Source of the DNA: the human T2T-CHM13v2.0 reference genome, Homo sapiens
NCBI RefSeq assembly: GCF_009914755.1
Contig: NC_060948.1
Strand: one strand, 5' to 3'
DNA: 64,000 nt
The position numbers and the translations under genes were made by a program. Under the pieces are notes generated by a model, which did no database searches, was not told where the DNA came from, and saw nothing but the letters and a program-made list of their open reading frames with translations. Numbering within the stretch: position 1 is the stretch's first letter; every line of letters starts with the position of its first letter. Positions 40,557 through 59,912 of the stretch are shown piece after piece.

Positions 40557-42661
40557 AGATCCATATTTTTTAAATGAAAAAAAATTTCAAAGGTACTCTG
40601 CTTGGTACAATAATCAAATGTATAAACTGAGGAATAAAACATAACCTTGAAACCTACTTATAACTGCATATGGAAAATACAGAGGATAATTTTTTAAATA
40701 ACGTATTTTGAAAGCCTTAACTAGTAATTTGAAGAGTTGGCATTTGAAAGGCCAGTATGAATATACCTTCAAAGCAGCAACACAGGTTCCCCATGAGAAA
40801 AAGCAAACTCAGGGAAAATAAAACCACAAAGGTTCAATCTCTTCTGACCTTTGAAAGACACAGCACAGACAGTGGTCCTTAGGACGAAGAGCAGGAGACC
40901 CCTAATTCCGTCACCATGGCGATAGGGCATAAACATTGCTGGGTGAGGGCACAATCCACATTGTGAGGTCCAACTGCTGCCAGGAAGACAGGAGTGCTTT
41001 TACATAGACCGAAAGGTCATTGAAGGCTCAGAGTTTTGTTTCAAGAACTGAATCCCAAGCCCACACGTTATTAGGCTGCGCTTCTTCAAACAAGTTATGA
41101 GATGGGAAAAAGGGCACCCACAAACATACGTATACATTATGTATATAATAATATACAGTATCATATATATAATATATATAACCTATGTATAATATTGTTT
41201 TACATCCTGCATCTTATGTTATATATATTGTATAAAATATAATAATTGATAATATATGTTTTATATTTATACAATATGACATATAGTATATATTATAATT
41301 TATGACATATATAATATATGTTATATATCATATATAGAATATATTATACAGTTAATATACGTATTAAATATAAATTATACATTTTATATATATTATATAT
41401 AATATATCTGTTATATATAATACGCATTATGCATAATATATATATTATGTCTATGTTATATATAGTATAAAACAACATATAACAATATATAATTGTATAT
41501 ATAAAATGCGACATATAATATATATTATATTTTATGACATATGTAATATATATTATATATTGTATATAATACGTTGTATGTATAATACCTATAATAAATA
41601 TATATTATATGACTATGTTATTAATTACATGTCACATATGTTATATATTATATATTTTACATAGAATATACCGGTTACATACAATATATACTATGTTACC
41701 TATAATGTATAATTTATTACATGTAAAAAAAAGAAAGCAATATATTATGTATAATTTATAATATACAATATGTGGAATGTGATATATATAACATATAATA
41801 TATGATATATGATATACAGTATATGATATATAACATACAATATATGATACCTAATATATATGGTATACAATATATATTTTATGATATGTATTCTATATGT
41901 TTTATATTCTGTTATATGTAACTATTTGAAATTATATATAACTGTATAATATTTTAGGTAAATATGTAATATAATATATATAACTATATAATATATTATA
42001 TATAACTATATATTATGTTATATATACTTTTATAACATAATTTACATAAAATATCATAATATAATATATATTATATTATTTCATATTACATAATATATAT
42101 TACATATCACCCAATATAAGTAACATACATAATATTATAATATAGATTATATTATGTTATATTAAATATCATATATATCATGTATCATATATTCTATAAT
42201 ATATATTATACATTATATAATATGTATGTTGTCTGTTATGTGATATATATAACTATATATATAATTATATTATTATACATATAACTAGATAAACATGTAA
42301 TTCTACATATTTTCATTTATAATATATAGAATTATATAATCATATATAATTATTTATATTCTATAAAAAATTATATCATTATATAAATTATAATATATAA
42401 AAATTATAATATGTATTACAAACATATATATTATATATCATATATGATATAGTACCTTTGTTATATATCATAATACATATAAATGTGTATTATGTTATCT
42501 ATAATTATATAATTTCATATATAAGGTGTATAATATGTATTATTTATTATATATGTTATGTAATATATATAGTATATATAAGCTGACACAGGATAAATAT
42601 TATATACTATGACATACAAAATATATGAGGTTATATGTTACATATAAGGCATAGCACATAA

Positions 42662-42976
<315 letters not shown>

Positions 42977-45081
42977 AGATCCATATTTTTTAAATGAAAA
43001 AAAATTTCAAAGGTACTCTGCTTGGTACAATAATCAAATGTATAAACTGAGGAATAAAACATAACCATGAAACCTACTTATAACTGCATATGGAAAATAC
43101 AGAGGATAATTTTTTAAATAACATATTTTGAAAGCCTTAACTAGTAATTTGAAGAGTTGGCATTTGAAAGGCCATTATGAATATACCTTCAAAGCAGCAA
43201 CACAGGTTCCCCATGAGAAAAAGCAAACTCAGGGAAAATAAAACCACAAAGGTTCAATCTCTTCTGACCTTTGAAAGACACAGCACAGACAGTGGTCCTT
43301 AGGACGAAGAGCAGGAGACCCCTAATTCCGTCACCATGGCGATAGTGCGTAAACATTGCTGGGTGAGGGCACAATCCACATTGTGAGGTCCAACTGCTGC
43401 CAGGAAGACAGGAGTGCTTTTACATAGACGGAAAGGTCATTGAAGGCTCAGAGTTTTGTTTCAAGAACTGAATCCCAAGCCCACACGTTATTAGGCTGCG
43501 CTTCTTAAAACAAGTTATGAGATGGGAAAAAGGGCACCCACAAACATACGTATACATTATGTATATAATAATATACAGTATCATATATATAATATATATA
43601 ACCTATGTATAATATTGTTTTACATCCTGCATCTTATGTTATATATATTGTATAAAATATAATAATTGATAATATATACGTTTTATATTTATACAATATG
43701 ACATATAGTATATAGTATAATTTATGACATATATAATATATGTTATATATCATATATAGAATATATTATACGGTTAATATACGTATTAAATATAAATTAT
43801 ACATTATATATATTATATATAATATATCTGTTATATATAATACCCATTATGCATATTATATATATTATGTCTATGTTATATATAGTATAAAACAATATAT
43901 AATAATATATAATTGTATATATAAAATGCGACATATAATATATATTATATTTTATGACATCTGTAATATATATTATATATTATATATAATACGTTGTATG
44001 TATAATACCTATATTAAATATATATTATATGACTATGTTATTAATTACATGTCACATGTGTTATATATTATTTATTTTACATAGAATATACCGTTTACAT
44101 ACAATATATAGTATGTTACCTATAATGTATAATTTATTACATGTAAAATAAGGAATGCAATATATTATGTATAATTTATAATATACAATATGTGGAATGT
44201 GATATATATAACATATAATATATGATATATGATATAGAGTATATGATATACAACATACAATATATGATACCTAATATATATGGTATACAATATATATTTT
44301 ATGATATGTATTCTATATGTTATATATTCTGTTATATATAACTATTTGAAATTATATATAACTGTATAATATTTTAGGTAAATATGTAGTATAATATATA
44401 TAACTTTATAATATATTATATATAACTATATATTATGTTATATATACTTTTATAACATAATTTACATAAAATATCATAATATAATATATATTATATTATT
44501 TCATATTACATAATATATCTTACATATCACCCAATATAAGTAACATACATAATATTATAATATAGATTATATTATGTTATATTAAATATCATATATATCA
44601 TGTAGCATATATTCTATAATATATATTATACATTATATAATATGTATGTTGTCTATTATGTGATATATATAACTATATATATAATTATATTATTATACAT
44701 ATAACTAGATAAACATGTAATTCTACATATTTTCATTTATAATATATGGAATTATATAATCATATATAATTTTTTATAGTCTATAAAAAATTATACCATT
44801 ATATAAATTATAATATATAAAAATTATAATATGTACTACAAATATATATATTATATATCATATATGATATAGTACCTTTGTTATATATCATAATACATAT
44901 ACATGTGTATTATGTTATCTATAATTATATAATTTCATATATAAGATGTATAATATGTATCATATATTATATACGTTATGTAATATATATAGTATATATA
45001 AGCTGACACAGGATAAATATTATATACTATGACATATAAAATATATGAGGTTATATGTTACATATAAGGCATAGCACATAA

Positions 45082-45396
<315 letters not shown>

Positions 45397-47499
45397 AGAT
45401 CCATATTTTTTAAATGAAAAAAAATTTCAAAGGTACTCTGCTTGGTACAATAATCAAATGTATAAACTGAGGAATAAAACATAACCAGGAAACCTACTTA
45501 TAACTGCATATGGAAAATACAGAGGATAATTTTTTAAATAACATATTTTGAAAGCCTTAACTAGTAATTTGAAGAGTTGGCATTTGAAAGGCCAGTATGA
45601 ATATACCTTCAAAGCAGCAACACAGGTTCCCCATGAGAAAAAGCAAACTCAGGGAAAATAAAACCACAAAGGTTCAATCTCTTCTGACCTTTGAAAGACA
45701 CAGCACAGACAGTGGTCCTTAGCACGAAGAGCAGGAGACCCCTAATTCCGTCACCATGGCGATAGGGCATAAACATTGCTGGGTGAGGGCACAATCCACA
45801 TTGTGAGGTCCAACTGCTGCCAGGAAGACAGGAGTGCTTTTACATAGACCGAAAGGTCATTGAAGGCTCAGAGTTTTGTTTCAAGAACTGAATCCCAAGC
45901 CAAAACGTTATTAGGCTGCGCTTCTTAAAACAAGTTATGAGATGGGAAAACGGGCACCCACAAACATACGTATACATTATGTATATAATAATATACAGTA
46001 TCATATATATAATATATATAACCTATGTATAATATTGTTTTACATCCTGCATCTTATGTTATATATATTTTATAAAATATAATAATTGATAATGTATAAT
46101 TTTTATATTTATACAATATGACATATAGTATATATTATAATTTATGACATATATAATATATGTTATATATCATATATAGAATATATTATACGGTTAATAT
46201 ACGTATTAAATATAAATTATACCTTATATATATTATATATAATATATCTGTTATATATAATACGCATTATGCATAATATATATATTATGTCTATGTTATA
46301 TATAGTATAAAACAACATATAATAATATATAATTGTATATATAAAATGCGACATATAATATATATTATATTTTATGACATATGTAATATATATTATATAT
46401 TATATATAATACGTTGTATGTATAATACCTATATTAAATATATATTATATGACCATGTTATTAATTACATGTCACATATGTTATATATTATATATTTTAC
46501 ATAGAATATACCGGTTACATACAATATATACTATGTTACCTATAATGTATAATTTATTACATGTAAAAAAAAGAAAGCAATATATTATGTATAATTTATA
46601 ATATACAATATGTGGAATGTGATATATATAACATATAATATATGATATATGATATACAGTATATGATATATAACATACAATATATGATACCTAATATATA
46701 TGGTATACAATATATATTTTATGATATGTATTCTATATGTTTTATATTCTGTTATATGTAACTATTTGAAATTATATATAACTGTATAATATTTTATGTA
46801 AATATGTAATAGAATATATATATCTATATAATATATTATATATAACTATATATTATGTTATATATACTTTTATAACATAATTTACATAAAATATCATAAT
46901 ATAATATATATTATATTATTTCATATTACATAATATATATTACATATCACCCAATATAAGTAACATACATAATAGTATAATATAGATTATATTATGTTAT
47001 ATTAAATATCATGTATATCATGTATCATATATTCTATAATATATATTATACATTATATAATATGTATGTTGTCTATTATGTGATATATATAAATATATAT
47101 AATTATATTATTATACATATATCTAGCTAACCATGTAATTCTACATATTTTCATTTATAATATATAGAATTATATAATCATATATAATTATTTATATTCT
47201 ATAAAAAATTATAACATTATATAAATTATAATATATAAAAATTATAATATGTACTACAAATATATATATTATATATCATATATGATATAGTACCTTTGTT
47301 ATATATCATAATACATATAAATGTGTATTATGTTATCTATAATTATATAATTTCATATATAAGTTGTATAATATGTATTATATATTATATATGTTATGTA
47401 ATATATATAGTATATATAAGATGACACAGGATAAATATTATATACTATGACATATAAAATATATGAGGTTATATGTTTCATATAAGGCATAGCACATAA

Positions 47500-47814
<315 letters not shown>

Positions 47815-49919
47815 AGATCCATATTTTTTAAATGAAAAAAAATTTCAAAGGTACTCTGCTTGGTACAATAATCAAATGTATAAACTGAGGAATAAAACAT
47901 AACCTTGAAACCTACTTATAACTGCATATGGAAAATACAGAGGATAATTTTTTAAATAACGTATTTTGAAAGCCTTAACTAGTAATTTGAAGAGTTGGCA
48001 TTTGAAAGGCCAGTATGAATATACCTTCAAAGCAGCAACACAGGTTCCCCATGAGAAAAAGCAAACTCAGGGAAAATAAAACCACAAAGGTTCAATCTCT
48101 TCTGACCTTTGAAAGACACAGCACAGACAGTGGTCCTTAGGACGAAGAGCAGGAGACCCCTAATTCCGTCACCATGGCGATAGGGCATAAACATTGCTGG
48201 GTGAGGGCACAATCCACATTGTGAGGTCCAACTGCTGCCAGGAAGACAGGAGTGCTTTTACATAGACCGAAAGGTCATTGAAGGCTCAGAGTTTTGTTTC
48301 AAGAACTGAATCCCAAGCCCACACGTTATTAGGCTGCGCTTCTTCAAACAAGTTATGAGATGGGAAAAAGGGCACCCACAAACATACGTATACATTATGT
48401 ATATAATAATATACAGTATCATATATATAATATATATAACCTATGTATAATATTGTTTTACATCCTGCATCTTATGTTATATATATTGTATAAAATATAA
48501 TAATTGATAATATATAAGTTTTATATTTATACAATATGACATATAGTATATATTATAATTTATGACATATATAATATATGTTATATATCATATATAGAAT
48601 ATATTATACAGTTAATATACGTATTAAATATAAATTATACATTTTATATATATTATATATAATATATCTGTTATATATAATACGCATTATGCATAATATA
48701 TATATTATGTCTATGTTATATATAGTATAAAACAACATATAACAATATATAATTGTATATATAAAATGCGACATATAATATATATTATATTTTATGACAT
48801 ATGTAATATATATTATATATTGTATATAATACGTTGTATGTATAATACCTATAATAAATATATATTATATGACTATGTTATTAATTACATGTCACATATG
48901 TTATATATTATATATTTTACATAGAATATACCGGTTACATACAATATATACTATGTTACCTATAATGTATAATTTATTACATGTAAAAAAAAGAAAGCAA
49001 TATATTATGTATAATTTATAATATACAATATGTGGAATGTGATATATATAACATATAATATATGATATATGATATACAGTATATGATATATAACATACAA
49101 TATATGATACCTAATATATATGGTATACAATATATATTTTATGATATGTATTCTATATGTTTTATATTCTGTTATATGTAACTATTTGAAATTATATATA
49201 ACTGTATAATATTTTAGGTAAATATGTAATATAATATATATAACTATATAATATATTATATATAACTATATATTATGTTATATATACTTTTATAACATAA
49301 TTTACATAAAATATCATAATATAATATATATTATATTATTTCATATTACATAATATATATTACATATCACCCAATATAAGTAACATACATAATATTATAA
49401 TATAGATTATATTATGTTATATTAAATATCATATATATCATGTATCATATATTCTATAATATATATTATACATTATATAATATGTATGTTGTCTGTTATG
49501 TGATATATATAACTATATATAATTATATTATTATACATATAACTAGATAACCATGTAATTCTACATATTTTCATTTATAATATATAGAATTATATAATCA
49601 TATATAATTATTTATATTCCATAAAAAATTATATCATTATATAAATTATAATATATAAAAATTATAATATGTACTACAAATATATATATTATATATCATA
49701 TATGATATAGTACCTTTGTTATATATCATAATACATATAAATGTGTATTATGTTATCTATAATTATATAATTTCATATATAAGTTGTATAATATGTATTA
49801 TATATTATATATGTTATGTAATATATATAGTATATATAAGATGACACAGGATAAATATTATATACTATGACATATAAAATATATGAGGTTATATGTTTCA
49901 TATAAGGCATAGCACATAA

Positions 49920-50234
<315 letters not shown>

Positions 50235-52339
50235 AGATCCATATTTTTTAAATGAAAAAAAATTTCAAAGGTACTCTGCTTGGTACAATAATCAAATGTA
50301 TAAACTGAGGAATAAAACATAACCATGAAACCTACTTATAACTGCATATGGAAAATACAGAGGATAATTTTTTAAATAACGTATTTTGAAAGCCTTAACT
50401 AGTAATTTGAAGAGTTGGCATTTGAAAGGCCAGTATGAATATACCTTCAAAGCAGCAACACAGGTTCCCCATGAGAAAAAGCAAACTCAGGGAAAATAAA
50501 ACCACAAAGGTTCAATCTCTTCTGACCTTTGAAAGACACAGCACAGACAGTGGTCCTTAGGACGAAGAGCAGGAGACCCCTAATTCCGTCACCATGGCGA
50601 TAGGGCATAAACATTGCTGGGTGAGGGCACAATCCACATTGTGAGGTCCAACTGCTGCCAGGAAGACAGGAGTGCTTTTACATAGACCGAAAGGTCATTG
50701 AAGGCTCAGAGTTTTGTTTCAAGAACTGAATCCCAAGCCCACACGTTATTAGGCTGCGCTTCTTCAAACAAGTTATGAGATGGGAAAAAGGGCACCCACA
50801 AACATACGTATACATTATGTATATAATAATATACAGTATCATATATATAATATATATAACCTATGTATAATATTGTTTTACATCCTGCATCTTATGTTAT
50901 ATATATTGTATAAAATATAATAATTGATAATATATAAGTTTTATATTTATACAATATGACATATAGTATATATTATAATTTATGACATATATAATATATG
51001 TTATATATCATATATAGAATATATTATACGGTTAATATACGTATTAAATATAAATTATACATTATATATATTATATATAATATATCTGTTATATATAATA
51101 CCCATTATGTATAATATATATATTATGTCTATGTTATATATAGTATAAAACAACATATAATAATATATAATTGTATATATAAAATGCGACATATAATATA
51201 TATTATATTTTATGACATATGTAATATATATTATATATTATATATAATACGTTGTATGTATAATACCTATATTAAATATATATTATATGACTATGTTATT
51301 AATTACATGTCACATGTGTTATATATTATTTATTTTACATAGAATATACCGGTTACATGCAATATATACTATGTTACCTATAATGTATAATTTATTACAT
51401 GTAAAATAAAGAATGCAATATATTATGTATAATTTATAATATACAATATGTGGAATGTGATATATATAACATATAATATATGATATATGATATAAAGTAT
51501 ATGATATATAACATACAATATATGATACCTAATATATATGATATACAATATATATTTTATGATATGTATTCTATATGTTATATATTCTGTTATATATAAC
51601 TGTTTGAAATTATATATAACTGTATAATATTTTAGGTAAATATGTAATATAATATATATAACTTTATAATATATTATATATAACTATATATTATGTTATA
51701 TATACTTTTATAACATAATTTACATAAAATATCATAATATAATAGATATTATATTATTTCATATTACATAATATATATTACATATCACCCAATATAAGTA
51801 ACATACCTAATATTATAATATAGATTATATTATGTTATATTCAATGTCATATATATCATGTATCATATATTCTATAATATATATTATACATTATATAATA
51901 TGTATGTTGTCTATTATGTGATATATATAACTATATATATAATTATATTATTATACATATAACTAGATAAACATGTAATTCTACATATTTTCATTTATAA
52001 TATATAGAATTATATAATCATATATAATTATTTATATTCTATAAAAAATTATATCATTATATAAATTATAATATATAAAAATTATAATATGTATTACAAA
52101 CATATATATTATATATCATATATGATATAGTACCTTTGTTATATATCATAATACATATAAATGTGTATTATGTTATCTATAATTATATAATTTCATATAT
52201 AAGGTGTATAATATGTATTATTTATTATATATGTTATGTAATATATATAGTATATATAAGCTGACACAGGATAAATATTATATACTATGACATACAAAAT
52301 ATATGAGGTTATATGTTACATATAAGGCATAGCACATAA

Positions 52340-52654
<315 letters not shown>

Positions 52655-54759
52655 AGATCCATATTTTTTAAATGAAAAAAAATTTCAAAGGTACTCTGCT
52701 TGGTACAATAATCAAATGTATAAACTGAGGAATAAAACATAACCATGAAACCTACTTATAACTGCATATGGAAAATACAGAGGATAATTTTTTAAATAAC
52801 ATATTTTGAAAGCCTTAACTAGTAATTTGAAGAGTTGGCATTTGAAAGGCCATTATGAATATACCTTCAAAGCAGCAACACAGGTTCCCCATGAGAAAAA
52901 GCAAACTCAGGGAAAATAAAACCACAAAGGTTCAATCTCTTCTGACCTTTGAAAGACACAGCACAGACAGTGGTCCTTAGGACGAAGAGCAGGAGACCCC
53001 TAATTCCGTCACCATGGCGATAGTGCGTAAACATTGCTGGGTGAGGGCACAATCCACATTGTGAGGTCCAACTGCTGCCAGGAAGACAGGAGTGCTTTTA
53101 CATAGACGGAAAGGTCATTGAAGGCTCAGAGTTTTGTTTCAAGAACTGAATCCCAAGCCCACACGTTATTAGGCTGCGCTTCTTAAAACAAGTTATGAGA
53201 TGGGAAAAAGGGCACCCACAAACATACGTATACATTATGTATATAATAATATACAGTATCATATATATAATATATATAACCTATGTATAATATTGTTTTA
53301 CATCCTGCATCTTATGTTATATATATTGTATAAAATATAATAATTGATAATATATACGTTTTATATTTATACAATATGACATATAGTATATAGTATAATT
53401 TATGACATATATAATATATGTTATATATCATATATAGAATATATTATACGGTTAATATACGTATTAAATATAAATTATACATTATATATATTATATATAA
53501 TATATCTGTTATATATAATACCCATTATGCATATTATATATATTATGTCTATGTTATATATAGTATAAAACAATATATAATAATATATAATTGTATATAT
53601 AAAATGCGACATATAATATATATTATATTTTATGACATCTGTAATATATATTATATATTATATATAATACGTTGTATGTATAATACCTATATTAAATATA
53701 TATTATATGACTATGTTATTAATTACATGTCACATGTGTTATATATTATTTATTTTACATAGAATATACCGTTTACATACAATATATAGTATGTTACCTA
53801 TAATGTATAATTTATTACATGTAAAATAAGGAATGCAATATATTATGTATAATTTATAATATACAATATGTGGAATGTGATATATATAACATATAATATA
53901 TGATATATGATATAGAGTATATGATATACAACATACAATATATGATACCTAATATATATGGTATACAATATATATTTTATGATATGTATTCTATATGTTA
54001 TATATTCTGTTATATATAACTATTTGAAATTATATATAACTGTATAATATTTTAGGTAAATATGTAGTATAATATATATAACTTTATAATATATTATATA
54101 TAACTATATATTATGTTATATATACTTTTATAACATAATTTACATAAAATATCATAATATAATATATATTATATTATTTCATATTACATAATATATCTTA
54201 CATATCACCCAATATAAGTAACATACATAATATTATAATATAGATTATATTATGTTATATTAAATATCATATATATCATGTAGCATATATTCTATAATAT
54301 ATATTATACATTATATAATATGTATGTTGTCTATTATGTGATATATATAACTATATATATAATTATATTATTATACATATAACTAGATAAACATGTAATT
54401 CTACATATTTTCATTTATAATATATAGAATTATATAATCATATATAATTTTTTATAGTCTATAAAAAATTATATCATTATATAAATTATAATATATAAAA
54501 ATTATAATATGTACTACAAATATATATATTATATATCATATATGATATAGTACCTTTGTTATATATCATAATACATATACATGTGTATTATGTTATCTAT
54601 AATTATATAATTTCATATATAAGATGTATAATATGTATCATATATTATATACGTTATATAATATATATAGTATATATAAGCTGACACAGGATAAATATTA
54701 TATACTATGACATATAAAATATATGAGGTTATATGTTACATATAAGGCATAGCACATAA

Positions 54760-55074
<315 letters not shown>

Positions 55075-57177
55075 AGATCCATATTTTTTAAATGAAAAAA
55101 AATTTCAAAGGTACTCTGCTTGGTACAATAATCAAATGTATAAACTGAGGAATAAAACATAACCAGGAAACCTACTTATAACTGCATATGGAAAATACAG
55201 AGGATAATTTTTTAAATAACATATTTTGAAAGCCTTAACTAGTAATTTGAAGAGTTGGCATTTGAAAGGCCAGTATGAATATACCTTCAAAGCAGCAACA
55301 CAGGTTCCCCATGAGAAAAAGCAAACTCAGGGAAAATAAAACCACAAAGGTTCAATCTCTTCTGACCTTTGAAAGACACAGCACAGACAGTGGTCCTTAG
55401 CACGAAGAGCAGGAGACCCCTAATTCCGTCACCATGGCGATAGGACATAAACATTGCTGGGTGAGGGCACAATCCACATTGTGAGGTCCAACTGCTGCCA
55501 GGAAGACAGGAGTGCTTTTACATAGACCGAAAGGTCATTGAAGGCTCAGAGTTTTGTTTCAAGAACTGAATCCCAAGCCAAAACGTTATTAGGCTGCGCT
55601 TCTTAAAACAAGTTATGAGATGGGAAAACGGGCACCCACAAACATACGTATACATTATGTATATAATAATATACAGTATCATATATATAATATATATAAC
55701 CTATGTATAATATTGTTTTACATCCTGCATCTTATGTTATATATATTTTATAAAATATAATAATTGATAATGTATAATTTTTATATTTATACAATATGAC
55801 ATATAGTATATATTATAATTTATGACATATATAATATATGTTATATATCATATATAGAATATATTATACGGTTAATATACGTATTAAATATAAATTATAC
55901 CTTATATATATTATATATAATATATCTGTTATATATAATACGCATTATGCATAATATATATATTATGTCTATGTTATATATAGTATAAAACAACATATAA
56001 TAATATATAATTGTATATATAAAATGCGACATATAATATATATTATATTTTATGACATATGTAATATATATTATATATTATATATAATACGTTGTATGTA
56101 TAATACCTATATTAAATATATATTATATGACCATGTTATTAATTACATGTCACATATGTTATATATTATATATTTTACATAGAATATACCGGTTACATAC
56201 AATATATACTATGTTACCTATAATGTATAATTTATTACATGTAAAAAAAAGAAAGCAATATATTATGTATAATTTATAATATACAATATGTGGAATGTGA
56301 TATATATAACATATAATATATGATATATGATATACAGTATATGATATATAACATACAATATATGATACCTAATATATATGGTATACAATATATATTTTAT
56401 GATATGTATTCTATATGTTTTATATTCTGTTATATGTAACTATTTGAAATTATATATAACTGTATAATATTTTATGTAAATATGTAATAGAATATATATA
56501 TCTATATAATATATTATATATAACTATATATTATGTTATATATACTTTTATAACATAATTTACATAAAATATCATAATATAATATATATTATATTATTTC
56601 ATATTACATAATATATATTACATATCACCCAATATAAGTAACATACATAATAGTATAATATAGATTATATTATGTTATATTAAATATCATGTATATCATG
56701 TATCATATATTCTATAATATATATTATACATTATATAATATGTATGTTGTCTATTATGTGATATATATAAATATATATAATTATATTATTATACATATAT
56801 CTAGCTAACCATGTAATTCTACATATTTTCATTTATAATATATAGAATTATATAATCATATATAATTATTTATATTCTATAAAAAATTATATCATTATAT
56901 AAATTATAATATATAAAAATTATAATATGTACTACAAATATATATATTATATATCATATATGATATAGTACCTTTGTTATATATCATAATACATATAAAT
57001 GTGTATTATGTTATCTATAATTATATAATTTCATATATAAGTTGTATAATATGTATTATATATTATATATGTTATGTAATATATATAGTATATATAAGAT
57101 GACACAGGATAAATATTATATACTATGACATATAAAATATATGAGGTTATATGTTTCATATAAGGCATAGCACATAA

Positions 57178-57492
<315 letters not shown>

Positions 57493-59597
57493 AGATCCAT
57501 ATTTTTTAAATGAAAAAAAATTTCAAAGGTACTCTGCTTGGTACAATAATCAAATGTATAAACTGAGGAATAAAACATAACCTTGAAACCTACTTATAAC
57601 TGCATATGGAAAATACAGAGGATAATTTTTTAAATAACGTATTTTGAAAGCCTTAACTAGTAATTTGAAGAGTTGGCATTTGAAAGGCCAGTATGAATAT
57701 ACCTTCAAAGCAGCAACACAGGTTCCCCATGAGAAAAAGCAAACTCAGGGAAAATAAAACCACAAAGGTTCAATCTCTTCTGACCTTTGAAAGACACAGC
57801 ACAGACAGTGGTCCTTAGGACGAAGAGCAGGAGACCCCTAATTCCGTCACCATGGCGATAGGGCATAAACATTGCTGGGTGAGGGCACAATCCACATTGT
57901 GAGGTCCAACTGCTGCCAGGAAGACAGGAGTGCTTTTACATAGACCGAAAGGTCATTGAAGGCTCAGAGTTTTGTTTCAAGAACTGAATCCCAAGCCCAC
58001 ACGTTATTAGGCTGCGCTTCTTCAAACAAGTTATGAGATGGGAAAAAGGGCACCCACAAACATACGTATACATTATGTATATAATAATATACAGTATCAT
58101 ATATATAATATATATAACCTATGTATAATATTGTTTTACATCCTGCATCTTATGTTATATATATTGTATAAAATATAATAATTGATAATATATAAGTTTT
58201 ATATTTATACAATATGACATATAGTATATATTATAATTTATGACATATATAATATATGTTATATATCATATATAGAATATATTATACAGTTAATATACGT
58301 ATTAAATATAAATTATACATTTTATATATATTATATATAATATATCTGTTATATATAATACGCATTATGCATAATATATATATTATGTCTATGTTATATA
58401 TAGTATAAAACAACATATAACAATATATAATTGTATATATAAAATGCGACATATAATATATATTATATTTTATGACATATGTAATATATATTATATATTG
58501 TATATAATACGTTGTATGTATAATACCTATAATAAATATATATTATATGACTATGTTATTAATTACATGTCACATATGTTATATATTATATATTTTACAT
58601 AGAATATACCGGTTACATACAATATATACTATGTTACCTATAATGTATAATTTATTACATGTAAAAAAAAGAAAGCAATATATTATGTATAATTTATAAT
58701 ATACAATATGTGGAATGTGATATATATAACATATAATATATGATATATGATATACAGTATATGATATATAACATACAATATATGATACCTAATATATATG
58801 GTATACAATATATATTTTATGATATGTATTCTATATGTTTTATATTCTGTTATATGTAACTATTTGAAATTATATATAACTGTATAATATTTTAGGTAAA
58901 TATGTAATATAATATATATAACTATATAATATATTATATATAACTATATATTATGTTATATATACTTTTATAACATAATTTACATAAAATATCATAATAT
59001 AATATATATTATATTATTTCATATTACATAATATATATTACATATCACCCAATATAAGTATCATACATAATATTATAATATAGATTATATTATGTTATAT
59101 TAAATATCATATATATCATGTATCATATATTCTATAATATATATTATACATTATATAATATGTATGTTGTCTGTTATGTGATATATATAACTATATATAA
59201 TTATATTATTATACATATAACTAGATAACCATGTAATTCTACATATTTTCATTTATAATATATAGAATTATATAATCATATATAATTATTTATATTCTAT
59301 AAAAAATTATATCATTATATAAATTATAATATATAAAAATTATAATATGTACTACAAATATATATATTATATATCATATATGATATAGTACCTTTGTTAT
59401 ATATCATAATACATATAAATGTGTATTATGTTATCTATAATTATATAATTTCATATATAAGTTGAATAATATGTATTATATATTATATATGTTATGTAAT
59501 ATATATAGTATATATAAGATGACACAGGATAAATATTATATACTATGACATATAAAATATATGAGGTTATATGTTTCATATAAGGCATAGCACATAA

Positions 59598-59912
<315 letters not shown>

